From: an uncultured Planctomycetota bacterium | Lineage (GTDB): Bacteria > Planctomycetota > Planctomycetia > Isosphaerales > Isosphaeraceae | Length of the DNA stretch: 64,000 nucleotides | Assembly (NCBI GenBank): GCA_963823665.1 | Contig: CAWGMQ010000002.1 | Location: forward strand, 192,001-256,000 | Direction of reading: 5' to 3' | Shown: one piece after another, positions 54,705-64,000 of the stretch | Position numbering within the stretch: position 1 is the first letter of the stretch | How the letters are laid out: each line of letters opens with the position of its first letter | Notes under the pieces: generated by a model | What the model was told of the DNA's origin: nothing | The model's input: only the letters and a program-made list of their open reading frames with translations | The model's database searches: none | Position numbers and translations under genes: made by a program

Positions 54705-56024
54705 TCACGAAAGCCCCGTCAAGACTCCGCCGCCGCACAGGTTGGGATTGCCGAACTTTTCGATGTGGTGGCCCATGCCGTTGGCCAGCGCCAGCCAGAG
54801 CCGGTTGTGAGGAACGCTCTTGTACTTGAGCGAACGGCCCATCTTGAAATCCAGGCCGTTGCCGGCGAGCACGAATGGAATGTCGTTGAGCGTGTGTGAG
54901 TTTCCTTTGCCGAGCTCGTTGGTCCAGATCACCAGCGTGTTGTCGAGCAGGCTGCCGCCACCACCGGGCTCCGGCGTTTCTGCCAGCCGCTTGACCAGGT
55001 ACGCCATCTGCTCGCAGTACCATTTGTTGATCTTGATCAACTTTTCCTGCGATTTCTTGTCACTGTCGGGGTTGTGTGACAGCTCATGGTGGCCCTCGGT
55101 GACACCCAGCCAGCGCATCCTGGCGTCGCCGACCGAGTTGGTGAATTGCAAGGTCGCAACCCGCGCGAAGTCCGCTGCAAAACTGTTGACCATCAAGTCG
55201 ATCTGCATCGTGCTGAGCTTGGGAATATTGGCGGCTTCGTGCTTCACGCCCCGCTCGAGCTTCGGAACGGCATGCCCGACGTCGCGGCTCCGGCTATCTT
55301 GCAGCTCCTGCTCCATTTCGCGCACGAACGTAGTGTGCTCGTCGAGAAGCTGACGGTCTTCCGAGCTCACGACCGAGCTGACCTTCTTCAGGTCTTCCTT
55401 CAGCTCGTCCATGATGCTCTTCAGGCTTTCCTGGTCTTTCATTCGGCCGTAGAGCTTGCCGAACATCTGGTAGGGATCGTCGATGGGAGCAATAGGCTTG
55501 TTCGGTCCGGCGTAGACCATGCGAGTCCAGGTGTCCGCACGATCGGGCACCAGCACGCCGAACTCGAGCGATCCGTGCCGGGTGCGGGTCTCGGACCGGC
55601 TTTGCAAGAAGTTCTTGATCTCTTGATCGATCGAGATCCCCTTGGCCCAGCCGGCTGGCGTATCGGAGCCCCCCTGGATATTGCCTGGAAACAACTCGAT
55701 GCCGGTGAGCAAACAGCCCATTCCACGCATGTGATTGTCGCCATCACCGCGCAGCTTGTCACAAACCCCGTGCAGAACCAGTGTGCGATCACGGAATGGC
55801 TCGAGCGGCTTCAGAATCTCCTTGAACTGGAACGACGGGCCTTCCTCGGCGGGCCAGAATGCCGAAGGAATGACGCCGTTTGGACTGAACATCACCACCA
55901 GCCTCTGCTTGCGCCGCTGCTGATTCGCAAATCCCAGACTCGGCAGATTCAGGACGAACGGCAACGCCGCTGCGCCCAATCCCAGATCGCGGATGAATTC
56001 GCGTCGGTTGCTTCGGTGGGACAT
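54705..56024 (-). CDS. DUF1552 (HXXSHH) domain protein, Tat signal
   Basis: NRREFIR, FSPNG, ISIDQ, HHELSH, GSLLDNT. Confidence 0.92.
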   Translation of the reverse strand: MSHRSNRREFIRDLGLGAAALPFVLNLPSLGFANQQRRKQRLVVMFSPNGVIPSAFWPAEEGPSFQFKEILKPLEPFRDRTLVLHGVCDKLRGDGDNHMRGMGCLLTGIELFPGNIQGGSDTPAGWAKGISIDQEIKNFLQSRSETRTRHGSLEFGVLVPDRADTWTRMVYAGPNKPIAPIDDPYQMFGKLYGRMKDQESLKSIMDELKEDLKKVSSVVSSEDRQLLDEHTTFVREMEQELQDSRSRDVGHAVPKLERGVKHEAANIPKLSTMQIDLMVNSFAADFARVATLQFTNSVGDARMRWLGVTEGHHELSHNPDSDKKSQEKLIKINKWYCEQMAYLVKRLAETPEPGGGGSLLDNTLVIWTNELGKGNSHTLNDIPFVLAGNGLDFKMGRSLKYKSVPHNRLWLALANGMGHHIEKFGNPNLCGGGVLTGLS

Positions 56025-56140
56025 ATCTTCCTCCGGCGTGCATCAAGCAAAAGGCAGTGCGTCAGGCGGGATAATCGATCAGGCTGGCTGGAAGGTAAGG
56101 CGCACGCCTGGAGAGCCGGCGAGGCCCATTGCAAACGATT

Positions 56141-58540
56141 CTACAGCTTCTCCCGGCGGGGAGTCAAAGCCGACGAGGCCATGATCTCGATTGTGAGCTT
56201 CCGAATATTGAAATCGTGGGCTGTGAAGAATCGCCTTAGCTCGGGCAGTTCCTGGGGACCAAATGCGCCGATCGGCTGCTTGATCAGGTAATGGAACAAT
56301 TGCTGTACAAAGGCCGAGTGAGCCTCGCCGCTCGAGGCAAGATACGCCGCCAGATCAAGAGAGCCGGTGAATTTCACGGCCTGCCCACCTGTGCGCGTCT
56401 CATATGACCCTGTCGCATCGATCGGCTTGCCTTTTTCTTCCTTCCGGTATCGGCCCAGTGCGTCGAAATGCTCCAGGGTAAATCCCAGGGGATTGATCAT
56501 GCCATGACAAGACAAACACGACTCAGGCTGAGTCTGAATTGTCACGCGCTCGCGGGTTGTCAGGTCGGGATGAAGGTCGGGAGCCAGGGGAGCGACGGCC
56601 TCCGGCGGCGGACGAAGCACCCGCCCCAGCACACTGCGAACAATGAAAACACCGCGATGGATCGGCGAGCTCGTGGCTGTATACGCAAAGCTTGCCATCA
56701 AGTACGGATGCGTAAGCAGCCCACTACGCTGCTGTTGCTCGAGTACAACCTTTTGGAACGGCGCATCCGCGGCGAGCTTGGCCCCATACAGCGGCGCCAA
56801 CCGGCCGTTCAAGTAAACGTAATTCGCCCGTAAGAGCTGGCGATAGTCCGACGCTTCCGAGCCGATCACGTCTTCGAGAAACAGATCGAGAGAAGTCCGC
56901 AGGTCGGAAACCACCGTCTCGTTGAACTCCGGGAAGCGCTTGGGGTCCTTGACGATGTCGCGAGCTTGATCGATCTTCAGCCACTGGAGCAGAAAACCCT
57001 CGAGCTTGACGTGGGAACGCTGATCGTTCGCCATTCGCTCAGCCTGACGCGCCACCTGGTCACGTTTGACCAACTGGCCTTGCGCGGCCGCATCGAAGAG
57101 CTGCTGGTCGGGAAGCGAGTCCCACAACCCGAATGAAAGCCGCGAAGCGACGTCGAAGCCATCAGGGGGACCGCTACCTGTCTCGCGGTAGAGAAATCGA
57201 GGTGACTTGAGCACCAGGAGGACCACCCGTTTGACGGCTGTCTCCAGATCCAGGGCATCCTTGAACTGGCGATCGATGAACAGCTTCTTCTGGTCGTCGC
57301 CCAGCGGGCGGCGAAAAGCCCGCTCGGCAAACTTGCGGCAGAATTCTCGAAGTTTCGCCTCGCGGTCGGAGGCGTTGTCACTGGCGCCGGAGAATTCTGT
57401 CAGGTGAGCCACGACGTAGCCGGCAACCTCAATTGCCGCATCGGTCGTGGCCGTATCCCATGCCTTCGAAACCGAGGTCCCGCGTTCGTAACCAACGCTG
57501 CGATCGTCGGGCGGGAATGGCGTCGTGAGAACGAACGCCTCCGGCAGCGACGCCGGGACAAGGTTCCTCTGTGGAATCACCTCGAAGCCCCGTCGCGGCA
57601 CTTTCCACTCAAGCACGATCGACGAGGTCATCTCCTTGGTCCGTGAAAACTCGAGGCGGATCGGATAGGCCCGCCCGCCGAGCAGATAGACCGAACCCTG
57701 GTATTCTGTGTCGCTTCCCGACTTCACCAGAGCGTCGATCAACGGCCGGCGCAGGTCGTTGATGGATAACTTGGTGGCGTTCTCGGTCTTGACGCGGAAT
57801 TCATACTCACCCGTCTCGGGGGCGAGCAACGACCCCTGCCACGTCACCCGGAACTCTTGCGAGAATGGCCTGAATAACCTGAGCGGAACGAGCAGCATCG
57901 GTGCTCGCTGCCATTTCTTCGCGACGTCCTTGAGCTCATCCTGCTCGGGAATCGGGCTGCTCGTCCCGAACTGGAAGTTGATCTCCTGATCGACTCGATT
58001 CAACGAGCCGCCGCCACCGCTATTGTCGCGCCGACGTCTGTTCCTGCTGGTGTATTCACCCTTGAGTCCCCGCTCATCGCCCCAGCGGCCGGCGCTGCGA
58101 AAGCTCCCGATCAAGTCGGTGACCGAGTTGCGATACTGGCGTACGGTGAGCCGCGAGAGCTCGATCCGAGGAGGGCGGAATTTACTACGCCCTGGGGCAT
58201 CCTTCGAGTAGAACGTCTCGTAGATGTAGGCAGCAACGTGCTGGGCATCCTCACCGACGCACTCTCCGGGAGCATCTTCGGGCATCGTCTTGGCGATCAA
58301 ACTTGCCAGCGACTTGACCGGACGCTCACCGATCAGCGGTCGTGGATAATGATCCTCGGTCCCCTCGCCCGAAGCCCCATGACACGAGGCACATTTCTGT
58401 CGGTAAATCTGCTGACCGGTAGGACCTGGGCCATCCGGATAAGCGGCAGTTGAACCCAGCAATGACGCGAGTGCCGCGAGATATGTCGCATTGCGACAGG
58501 ATCGCTTCAAGTACTTGCGTTCTCTGATCAGCATAAACAA
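56141..58540 (-). CDS. Cytochrome c + PA14 + DUF1595/1592/1588/1585 domain protein
   Basis: CASCH, RLTVRQYRNS, PA14-like segment, AERAFRRP, SPRFLY, ASRLSFGLWDSLPD, SSPIHRG, CLSCH. Confidence 0.92.
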   Translation of the reverse strand: MFMLIRERKYLKRSCRNATYLAALASLLGSTAAYPDGPGPTGQQIYRQKCASCHGASGEGTEDHYPRPLIGERPVKSLASLIAKTMPEDAPGECVGEDAQHVAAYIYETFYSKDAPGRSKFRPPRIELSRLTVRQYRNSVTDLIGSFRSAGRWGDERGLKGEYTSRNRRRRDNSGGGGSLNRVDQEINFQFGTSSPIPEQDELKDVAKKWQRAPMLLVPLRLFRPFSQEFRVTWQGSLLAPETGEYEFRVKTENATKLSINDLRRPLIDALVKSGSDTEYQGSVYLLGGRAYPIRLEFSRTKEMTSSIVLEWKVPRRGFEVIPQRNLVPASLPEAFVLTTPFPPDDRSVGYERGTSVSKAWDTATTDAAIEVAGYVVAHLTEFSGASDNASDREAKLREFCRKFAERAFRRPLGDDQKKLFIDRQFKDALDLETAVKRVVLLVLKSPRFLYRETGSGPPDGFDVASRLSFGLWDSLPDQQLFDAAAQGQLVKRDQVARQAERMANDQRSHVKLEGFLLQWLKIDQARDIVKDPKRFPEFNETVVSDLRTSLDLFLEDVIGSEASDYRQLLRANYVYLNGRLAPLYGAKLAADAPFQKVVLEQQQRSGLLTHPYLMASFAYTATSSPIHRGVFIVRSVLGRVLRPPPEAVAPLAPDLHPDLTTRERVTIQTQPESCLSCHGMINPLGFTLEHFDALGRYRKEEKGKPIDATGSYETRTGGQAVKFTGSLDLAAYLASSGEAHSAFVQQLFHYLIKQPIGAFGPQELPELRRFFTAHDFNIRKLTIEIMASSALTPRREKL

Positions 58541-58566
58541 GTAGCTGGCTAGTACGGATCGAACGA

Positions 58567-59061
58567 TCAGGTTGGATCGGTCACCCAGAGGAGATAAGGA
58601 CTGAACGGTCCCGCGTTAAGCGATTCGTAAAATACCTGATCAGCGGTGACGAGCCGGCAGTTCAGTGTTTTGGCCAAAACCAAATAATAGCTGTCGTAGA
58701 CTGTCGGCCGTGCGGCGCTCATTGCAAGATCAAACGCGGCCTTTAACAACTGAGCCATCGCGTGAACCGTAAGAGCAACCCCCTCGAGTAGTTCCAGGAT
58801 AGCGCGCCCCTCGGCTTCACTGATCTCCGGTGTTTTGAGAAGGCGAGCTTTCTTCCAAATAATATTGCCGAACTCCGGGAAGAACAGTTCTGGTACATGC
58901 AAGGTAAAGACTGGGCTCAGGAACCGCTTGGCATCGGCTTCATGAACCTCCGGTACATACCACTTGACCGCGACCCCAGCGTCAACAACGAAATTCGTCG
59001 GATTTACCGACGACCCTTCAGAGAGATCAAGCGCGGCAACCGTCACTGGCGCCGGACTCAT
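58567..59061 (-). CDS. vapC: PIN-domain VapC toxin
   Basis: FVVDAGVAVKWYVPE, PELFFPEFGN, TVYDSYYLVLA, LVTAD; start overlaps the antitoxin stop. Confidence 0.92.
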   Translation of the reverse strand: MSPAPVTVAALDLSEGSSVNPTNFVVDAGVAVKWYVPEVHEADAKRFLSPVFTLHVPELFFPEFGNIIWKKARLLKTPEISEAEGRAILELLEGVALTVHAMAQLLKAAFDLAMSAARPTVYDSYYLVLAKTLNCRLVTADQVFYESLNAGPFSPYLLWVTDPT

Positions 59062-59291
59062 CGAAGGCGGTCCTCCCGCAGCAGTTGAGCGCTGTCGGTG
59101 TGCGACCGATCAGAAAGTCGATGCGTCATCTGTTCTGCCATTTCGCGAGCCTTAGCCATGTTGCACTGACGTGCGGCTTGCTCCAGAATCAATTTCAATT
59201 CCATCCCCAGCGAGCGGCCGTTGCCGCTGGCGCGGTCTTTAAGCTGGGCTAGTGTGGCTTCATCCAAATCGCGGACCAAGACGTCAGGCAT
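59058..59291 (-). CDS. FitA-like ribbon-helix-helix antitoxin
   Basis: MPDVLVRDLDEATLAQLKDRASGNGRSLGMELKLIL...DSAQLLREDR. Confidence 0.9.
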   Translation of the reverse strand: MPDVLVRDLDEATLAQLKDRASGNGRSLGMELKLILEQAARQCNMAKAREMAEQMTHRLSDRSHTDSAQLLREDRLR

Positions 59292-59318
59292 CCTTCACCC
59301 TCCTCCTCTCGTGCGTGA

Positions 59319-59335
59319 GATATCAAAATGATATC
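59319..59335. promoter_or_regulatory. Inverted repeat GATATCA-aaa-TGATATC, probable FitA/VapC operator
   Basis: Perfect 7-bp arms just upstream of the AGGAGG ribosome-binding site of the antitoxin. Confidence 0.65.
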
Positions 59336-59382
59336 GCCTGCCCGGGACAAAGTCCAGGCTAGTCTAATTGGGATCGATCACC

Positions 59383-60213
59383 TCACCGCTTCGCCTTCTC
59401 GGGATGACAGTAAGACTCATCCATGACGATGCGATCGGGCTTGTCGCCGGCATAGACCCAGATCATGGCCATTGGATCGAGAGTCAAGTTGATGAAGTAA
59501 TGGCAGAGGCCCTGTGGTACGAGCGCGGTTGCATTACGCGAAAGTTCGTGGCGCCGGCCTTCAACGATGCAAGTGGCCGTTCCCTGAACAATGGTGATCG
59601 ACTCGTCGAACTCATGGCGATGGCACGGTAGTCGAGCACCTGGGTCGAATGCGCCGAAGCCGCCGCAGATGCCCTGGGCAGGCGTCTCACCGTTGAACAG
59701 GTCCTGGAACAAGGCTCGAGGGGCGAGCTCGAACCGGTTTGCGGGATTATTGCGACCGACTCGTTCAGCCCCTGGAAGGCCGGTCGAACCAGAACGTTGC
59801 TCGACCGGACTGAAGCGGCCATTGACCCAGGTTTGCGCGGGACCAGTCGCTGCCAGAGAAACATGCAGCAGGGCTGTGCGGTTGGTAGAGAGGTTCACCA
59901 CCCGTCGCGGCAAGCCGGCGGGAATTGTCACCGCATCGATCATCCCCAGTCGATAGCGTCGATCCTCGACGTCGAGGGCCACTTCACCCCCGAGCAGGAC
60001 GACTGCTTCAGTACACGGTCGGGTATAAAGCGGATATGTGGCTCTGGGCGCCAGCGTCAAGACCCCGGTGAACAGGTCCCGTGCACCGTTATGCTCGCCC
60101 ACAAGCGGAATCAGCTCGATTCCCGGGACGATTACCTGGACCCTGGCGCTTGCAACTTCCTGGATCACCTCAGTTCGGTCGGAAGCCCAGGCTGACGGCC
60201 GCTGCGTTGTCAT
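59383..60213 (-). CDS. Bicupin domain protein
   Basis: Two cupin repeats; the second has PCHRHEFDESITIVQG...PQGLCHYFIN, the first lacks the His ligands. Confidence 0.85.
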   Translation of the reverse strand: MTTQRPSAWASDRTEVIQEVASARVQVIVPGIELIPLVGEHNGARDLFTGVLTLAPRATYPLYTRPCTEAVVLLGGEVALDVEDRRYRLGMIDAVTIPAGLPRRVVNLSTNRTALLHVSLAATGPAQTWVNGRFSPVEQRSGSTGLPGAERVGRNNPANRFELAPRALFQDLFNGETPAQGICGGFGAFDPGARLPCHRHEFDESITIVQGTATCIVEGRRHELSRNATALVPQGLCHYFINLTLDPMAMIWVYAGDKPDRIVMDESYCHPEKAKR

Positions 60214-60224
60214 GGGCGAAACTC

Positions 60225-61145
60225 CTATGCCGGCCGTTTGTAGGACGTGAAGATCGCGGAGCGCAACTCGGTCTTCGCTTCGAGTGCGCGCATCGTGGGC
60301 TCTTCGAAGTGCTCGAACATCCGGGCGTTGTGGGCGTTTTCGTCGACTTCCTGCGGGCTCGCGCAGCCGATGACGACGGTCGAAACACCGGGAAGGGAGA
60401 GTACATACCCCATCGCTTCGGCTGATGTAAGCGAGTGCGCGCCGGCCCGCAGAAGAACGCCGGCTGCATACACCTTCATGCCGATGACTCCCATGCCGCG
60501 CCGGGTTGCTTCCTCGAGCACCGTTTTGGCAAATGGCAGACGGTGTGTGTCGGCTGCATTCAGGGCAACCAGCACGGTATCGAAATCGAACCGCCGCATG
60601 GCTTCAAGCAGGATCGACGGGTCGTGATGGCCCGTCAATCCGAGGTATTTCACAAGCCCCTGCTCACGTGCTTCGATGAGCGCCTCGAGCGCCCCTCCGG
60701 GGCTGAAGATTGCCTGCAAGTCTCGCGCAGTGCGCAGGTCGTGGAGCTGCCATAGATCGAGGTGGTCGGTGCGCGCTCGCGTGAGGCTTTCCTCGAGAAG
60801 GCGAAGTGATCCATCGCGGCTGCGATCGTGGGTCTTCGAGGCCAAGAAAACCTGGCTGCGACGCTCGCCCAAGGCGGCGCCGTAATAATCAAGGCTGCCG
60901 GAATAGGCCGGTGCCGTGTCGCAATAGCTCACGCCCTGGTCTAAGGCGCGGTGGATCACCGCAACCGCCTCGTGGGCGCGGCCGTACGTGCGGAGCACCC
61001 CTTCGCCACCGAGGGCAAACTGGGTCACCTCCTGACCGGTGCGCCCCAGGAGACGTCGTGGAATCGGCCCCGCGGAAATCCCGCCGTCACTAGAGTGAGT
61101 ATTCTGTTCTCTTGTGGTCATGAAGGAGGTCTTCTCCGCAGGCAA
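60225..61145 (-). CDS. Aldo/keto reductase
   Basis: RRLLGRTG, DTAPAY, FLASKT, DHLDLWQLH, LGLTGH, VIGMK. Confidence 0.93.
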   Translation of the reverse strand: MPAEKTSFMTTREQNTHSSDGGISAGPIPRRLLGRTGQEVTQFALGGEGVLRTYGRAHEAVAVIHRALDQGVSYCDTAPAYSGSLDYYGAALGERRSQVFLASKTHDRSRDGSLRLLEESLTRARTDHLDLWQLHDLRTARDLQAIFSPGGALEALIEAREQGLVKYLGLTGHHDPSILLEAMRRFDFDTVLVALNAADTHRLPFAKTVLEEATRRGMGVIGMKVYAAGVLLRAGAHSLTSAEAMGYVLSLPGVSTVVIGCASPQEVDENAHNARMFEHFEEPTMRALEAKTELRSAIFTSYKRPA

Positions 61146-61182
61146 AGCGGGCTTGGAAAGGCCAGGGCGCCGGGAAGGAAGT

Positions 61183-62384
61183 TCACATGAATTTCAGCTC
61201 GACGATCGAGCAGTCGTCAATGAACTCCTCGCGGCCCTGGATCTCTCGATCATACGCAATCAGTCGGTCCATCTTGGAGTCGTTCTCGGCGTCGTGCGGG
61301 CCGCGTCTCATGTAGTCGATGAACTCACTGAACGGCCAGATGGATTTGTCGATCCGCTCGATTTCGTACACACCATCGCTATAGAGACACAGTTTGGCAA
61401 ATTTGCCCAGAGACGTGCTCGCTGTCGCGAACTCGAGATCAGGAACCGCGCCGATCATGGGGCCGCTTGCCTCAAGGATCTCGAGCGTGGCTTCCTCGGC
61501 CGATGAGCCACTGTAGAGCAGTGCCGGCGGATGGCCCCCGCCACAATACTGAATCTGCCGCGAGGGTTTGTGGTAGACGCCGTACCAGATCGTGAAGAAG
61601 AGCCCGTTTTGCTGCTCCATCTGGAACGCGTTATTGAGCGCGCCCAGCACCTGCCCCGGCACACGGAAGTCGGTCTGGGGAAGGGCCTGAGAGCGCAGAG
61701 CGTTCATGGCCGAGACAGAGAGCAAAGCCGAGCCGACTCCGTGACCACTCACATCCAGCAGATAAAAGGCGAAATGGTCGTCATCCAGCCAGTGGTAGCC
61801 GAATGAATCGCCGCCGAGCTCAGCCGATGGGATGAATCGCCAATCGGTGCGCACGTCTCCCTTCTTGAGCTTCTCGGGCAGCAGGGATTGCACATAATGT
61901 GCAGCCTGCTTCATCTCGCTGGCCAGCCGGTGCTGGCTTTCGAGAAGCGCCTGGTAGGCTTCGTTGCGCTGGAGCAGAGCGATGTAGCCCTTGGAGTGAT
62001 AGCGGATTCGCGCCAGGAGCTCGAGGCGGTCCGGAAGCTTGACGATGTAGTCGTTGGCTCCCAGCGCGAATGCCTCGGCTTTGACCGCTGGCTCCTCCTT
62101 GGTCGAGAGCACAATCAGCGGAGTCTCACGGGTAGGCTCATGGCGCGGAACTTCTTCACCAGCGTGAGGCCGTCGATCTCGGGCATGACCAGATCTTGAA
62201 GGATCACGGTGGGCTTGACCCGATCGGCTTCATCCAGCGCTCTGGCAGCGTCGCGGTTGTAATGGAAGTCGATGTCGGCCTCGCTGGCAATCATACGGCG
62301 AACGGCCTCGCCGATCATCGGCTGGTCGTCGACGAGCAAGACCACCACCTTGTGCTGGGTCAAAACGGGATCACTGCTCATCAC
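61183..62384 (-). CDS. WspR-like receiver domain fused to PP2C/SpoIIE phosphatase; frameshift near 62141
   Basis: VLLVDDQPMIGEAVRRM...PTVILQDLVMPEIDG (ORF 62115..62384), LSTKEEP...GANDYIVKLPD, then LGGDSFG, DVSGHG, GGHPP, YSDG, DDCS. Confidence 0.9.
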
Positions 62385-62452
62385 GCGGGCTCCTGGCGCC
62401 TCGAATCCACTACAAGTCGATCTTAGACCAAGAGCCCGTCAAATACGATATT

Positions 62453-63520
62453 TCAATCTGCCGGTCGATCCACGGACGAGCGTGGCAAGAGTCTCACAAT
62501 GGCCTCGGCGATCTGAGGAAGAGGCACGACTTCCTCCGCCGCCCCGATCTCAACCGCTGCTTTGGGCATCCCCCAAACGACGCTCGAAGATCGGTCTTGA
62601 GCAATCGTTCTCCAACCAAGCCGGCGCAGGTTGAGTAGCCCCTCGGCACCGTCGCGGAGCATTCCGGTCAAGAGAACGGCAACGCCGGGCCTGGGCCAGT
62701 TGCGAGCCGCGCTATTGAAGAAAACATCGACCGACGGGCGATAGGAGGTTTCTCTCGGCTCAACCGAATAATGCAAGCGGCGATCCTCGCCGATCACCAA
62801 GTGGTCGTCGGTCCCCGAAAGCAGGATCTCGCCCACAACGGGCTGATGTTCTTCGGTTGCCAGCATCACGCGGCGGCCTGCTTGCTCGGAAAGCCACTGG
62901 CCGAGACCTGGAGCAAACGCGGCGTCGACATGCTGGACGATGACGATTCCGCCCGTAAGCGTAGCAGGCAGTCGCGAAAGTATCTCCGCGAGCGCCTGAG
63001 GGCCACCAGTCGAGGCTCCCAGGAGCACGAGGGGATCAAGCGCCTTCTCAACCAGAGAAGTCCAGGTGATCGAGGACGACTCACGCACCGCCTGAGCTGG
63101 CCGTTCAGCCAGCTTCCCCACTGGCTTCCCCAGAAGCTTGCCGATGAGCTCGATCTTGTGCAAGAGCACCGCCGCACCGCTGATTTCGCCGCGCGACCCC
63201 AGGATGGGTGTATCAATGGCGTCGAGCGCTCCGTAGCCCATGGCTTGGTAGACCTTGTTGAGATGTCCGGTGACCGTAGCGGTGACGACCAGAATCGCGC
63301 AGGGAGATTCACCCATGATCCTGCGCGTTGCCTCGACGCCGTCTGTTCCAGGCATGAGCAGATCCATCAAAATCAAGTCGGGCACGTCGGCACGCGCAAG
63401 AGCAACCGCCTCGGCACCGTCCTTCGCCATCCAGCTCACTTCATTCGTCCCCGACGACAGCACAACCCGGCGCAGCGCCTCGCGAGCCAGACCCATATCG
63501 TTGGCGATCCCGATTCTCAT
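62453..63520 (-). CDS. cheB: Chemotaxis response regulator protein-glutamate methylesterase (WspF-like)
   Basis: MRIGIANDM receiver domain; GASTGGP, VQHV, YRPSVD, LTGMLRDG, VWGMP. Confidence 0.95.
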   Translation of the reverse strand: MRIGIANDMGLAREALRRVVLSSGTNEVSWMAKDGAEAVALARADVPDLILMDLLMPGTDGVEATRRIMGESPCAILVVTATVTGHLNKVYQAMGYGALDAIDTPILGSRGEISGAAVLLHKIELIGKLLGKPVGKLAERPAQAVRESSSITWTSLVEKALDPLVLLGASTGGPQALAEILSRLPATLTGGIVIVQHVDAAFAPGLGQWLSEQAGRRVMLATEEHQPVVGEILLSGTDDHLVIGEDRRLHYSVEPRETSYRPSVDVFFNSAARNWPRPGVAVLLTGMLRDGAEGLLNLRRLGWRTIAQDRSSSVVWGMPKAAVEIGAAEEVVPLPQIAEAIVRLLPRSSVDRPAD

Positions 63521-63620
63521 GCTTGGTTGTTTCGAGCTCTCATGAGGTCCGAAATGCGCCTCGGCCAATGCAAATGCCAACACAGTCGAGCAATCTCGAA
63601 AGGCACAAGCATCTCTCCCC

Positions 63621-64000
63621 TCAGCTCCACGGAGCAGCGGGCTTCTGCTTCCACAACCAGATGATCCAATCCACATTCTGGGGCTGACCGTCAAAATCCC
63701 TGAGCCGGGTCATGCACTGCCCACGGTGATGTTGGGAGTGCATTGCCACCTGAACGAGTGCTTCGGAGACCGTGATGACGCACGGTGGATCAGGGAACCA
63801 CGGAATTCGCACCGTCTGCGAAAGGTGATCCTCGTTCAGGGCTGCGGTGAATTCGCGGAGCCCGGCGTGCGTGGTCACTGCCCGGCTCTTGATATCATCA
63901 AAACCCGGTGGTGCTCCGGTTGGTGGGCTTCCCGGGGTCTCGCCGCGCAGGATCGAGAGAAAGCCATGCTGAACTCCCACGATGTGGCCAACCCGTCGCC
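63621..64000 (-). CDS. DinB family protein, C-terminal part (start outside window)
   Basis: GHIVGVQ...EALVQVAMHSQHHRGQCMTRLRD...VDWIIW. Confidence 0.85.
   Translation of the reverse strand, partial: RRVGHIVGVQHGFLSILRGETPGSPPTGAPPGFDDIKSRAVTTHAGLREFTAALNEDHLSQTVRIPWFPDPPCVITVSEALVQVAMHSQHHRGQCMTRLRDFDGQPQNVDWIIWLWKQKPAAPWS

Noticed and set aside
19309..56291. Long antisense ORFs (19309..20601, 27894..29051, 29264..30625, 32968..33921, 55086..56291)
   Set aside because: Shadow ORFs opposite well-supported genes, expected with high-GC codon bias; no recognisable motifs.

Overview
This is a GC-rich bacterial window with a typical Planctomycetota gene complement; an Isosphaeraceae/Singulisphaera-like origin is my inference. 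It holds two PSD1/PSCyt + DUF1501 pairs, DUF1592-DUF1552, a PVC-type heme CxxCH dehydrogenase, a DUF1559 pilin-like gene, BlaI-M56, a sulfatase, phosphodiesterases, yhaO-yhaN, toxin-antitoxin loci and a Wsp-like cheB + receiver-PP2C pair. About ten genes carry single-base frameshifts that look like long-read consensus errors. No rRNA, tRNA, CRISPR array, transposase or integrase was seen. The most interesting part is 21.6-27.5 kb on the minus strand. (1) An AhpD-like gene that the ORF track splits in two reads through an in-frame TGA in a CxxU motif followed by a bacterial SECIS-like hairpin, so it is very probably a selenoprotein. (2) It ends an operon-like run: secreted Cys-containing leader ending in IFHPPPV (arrest-peptide-like), a strongly Met-rich DUF1559 protein, an APC permease, then Sec-AhpD. 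This is a candidate copper- or oxidant-responsive system. (3) The last 260 bp of the AhpD gene are duplicated about 1.2 kb downstream, and each copy is followed by a toxin-antitoxin-like cassette (antitoxin-like + amber-disrupted HNH; orphan Phd). All family assignments come from motif recognition by eye, not database searches.
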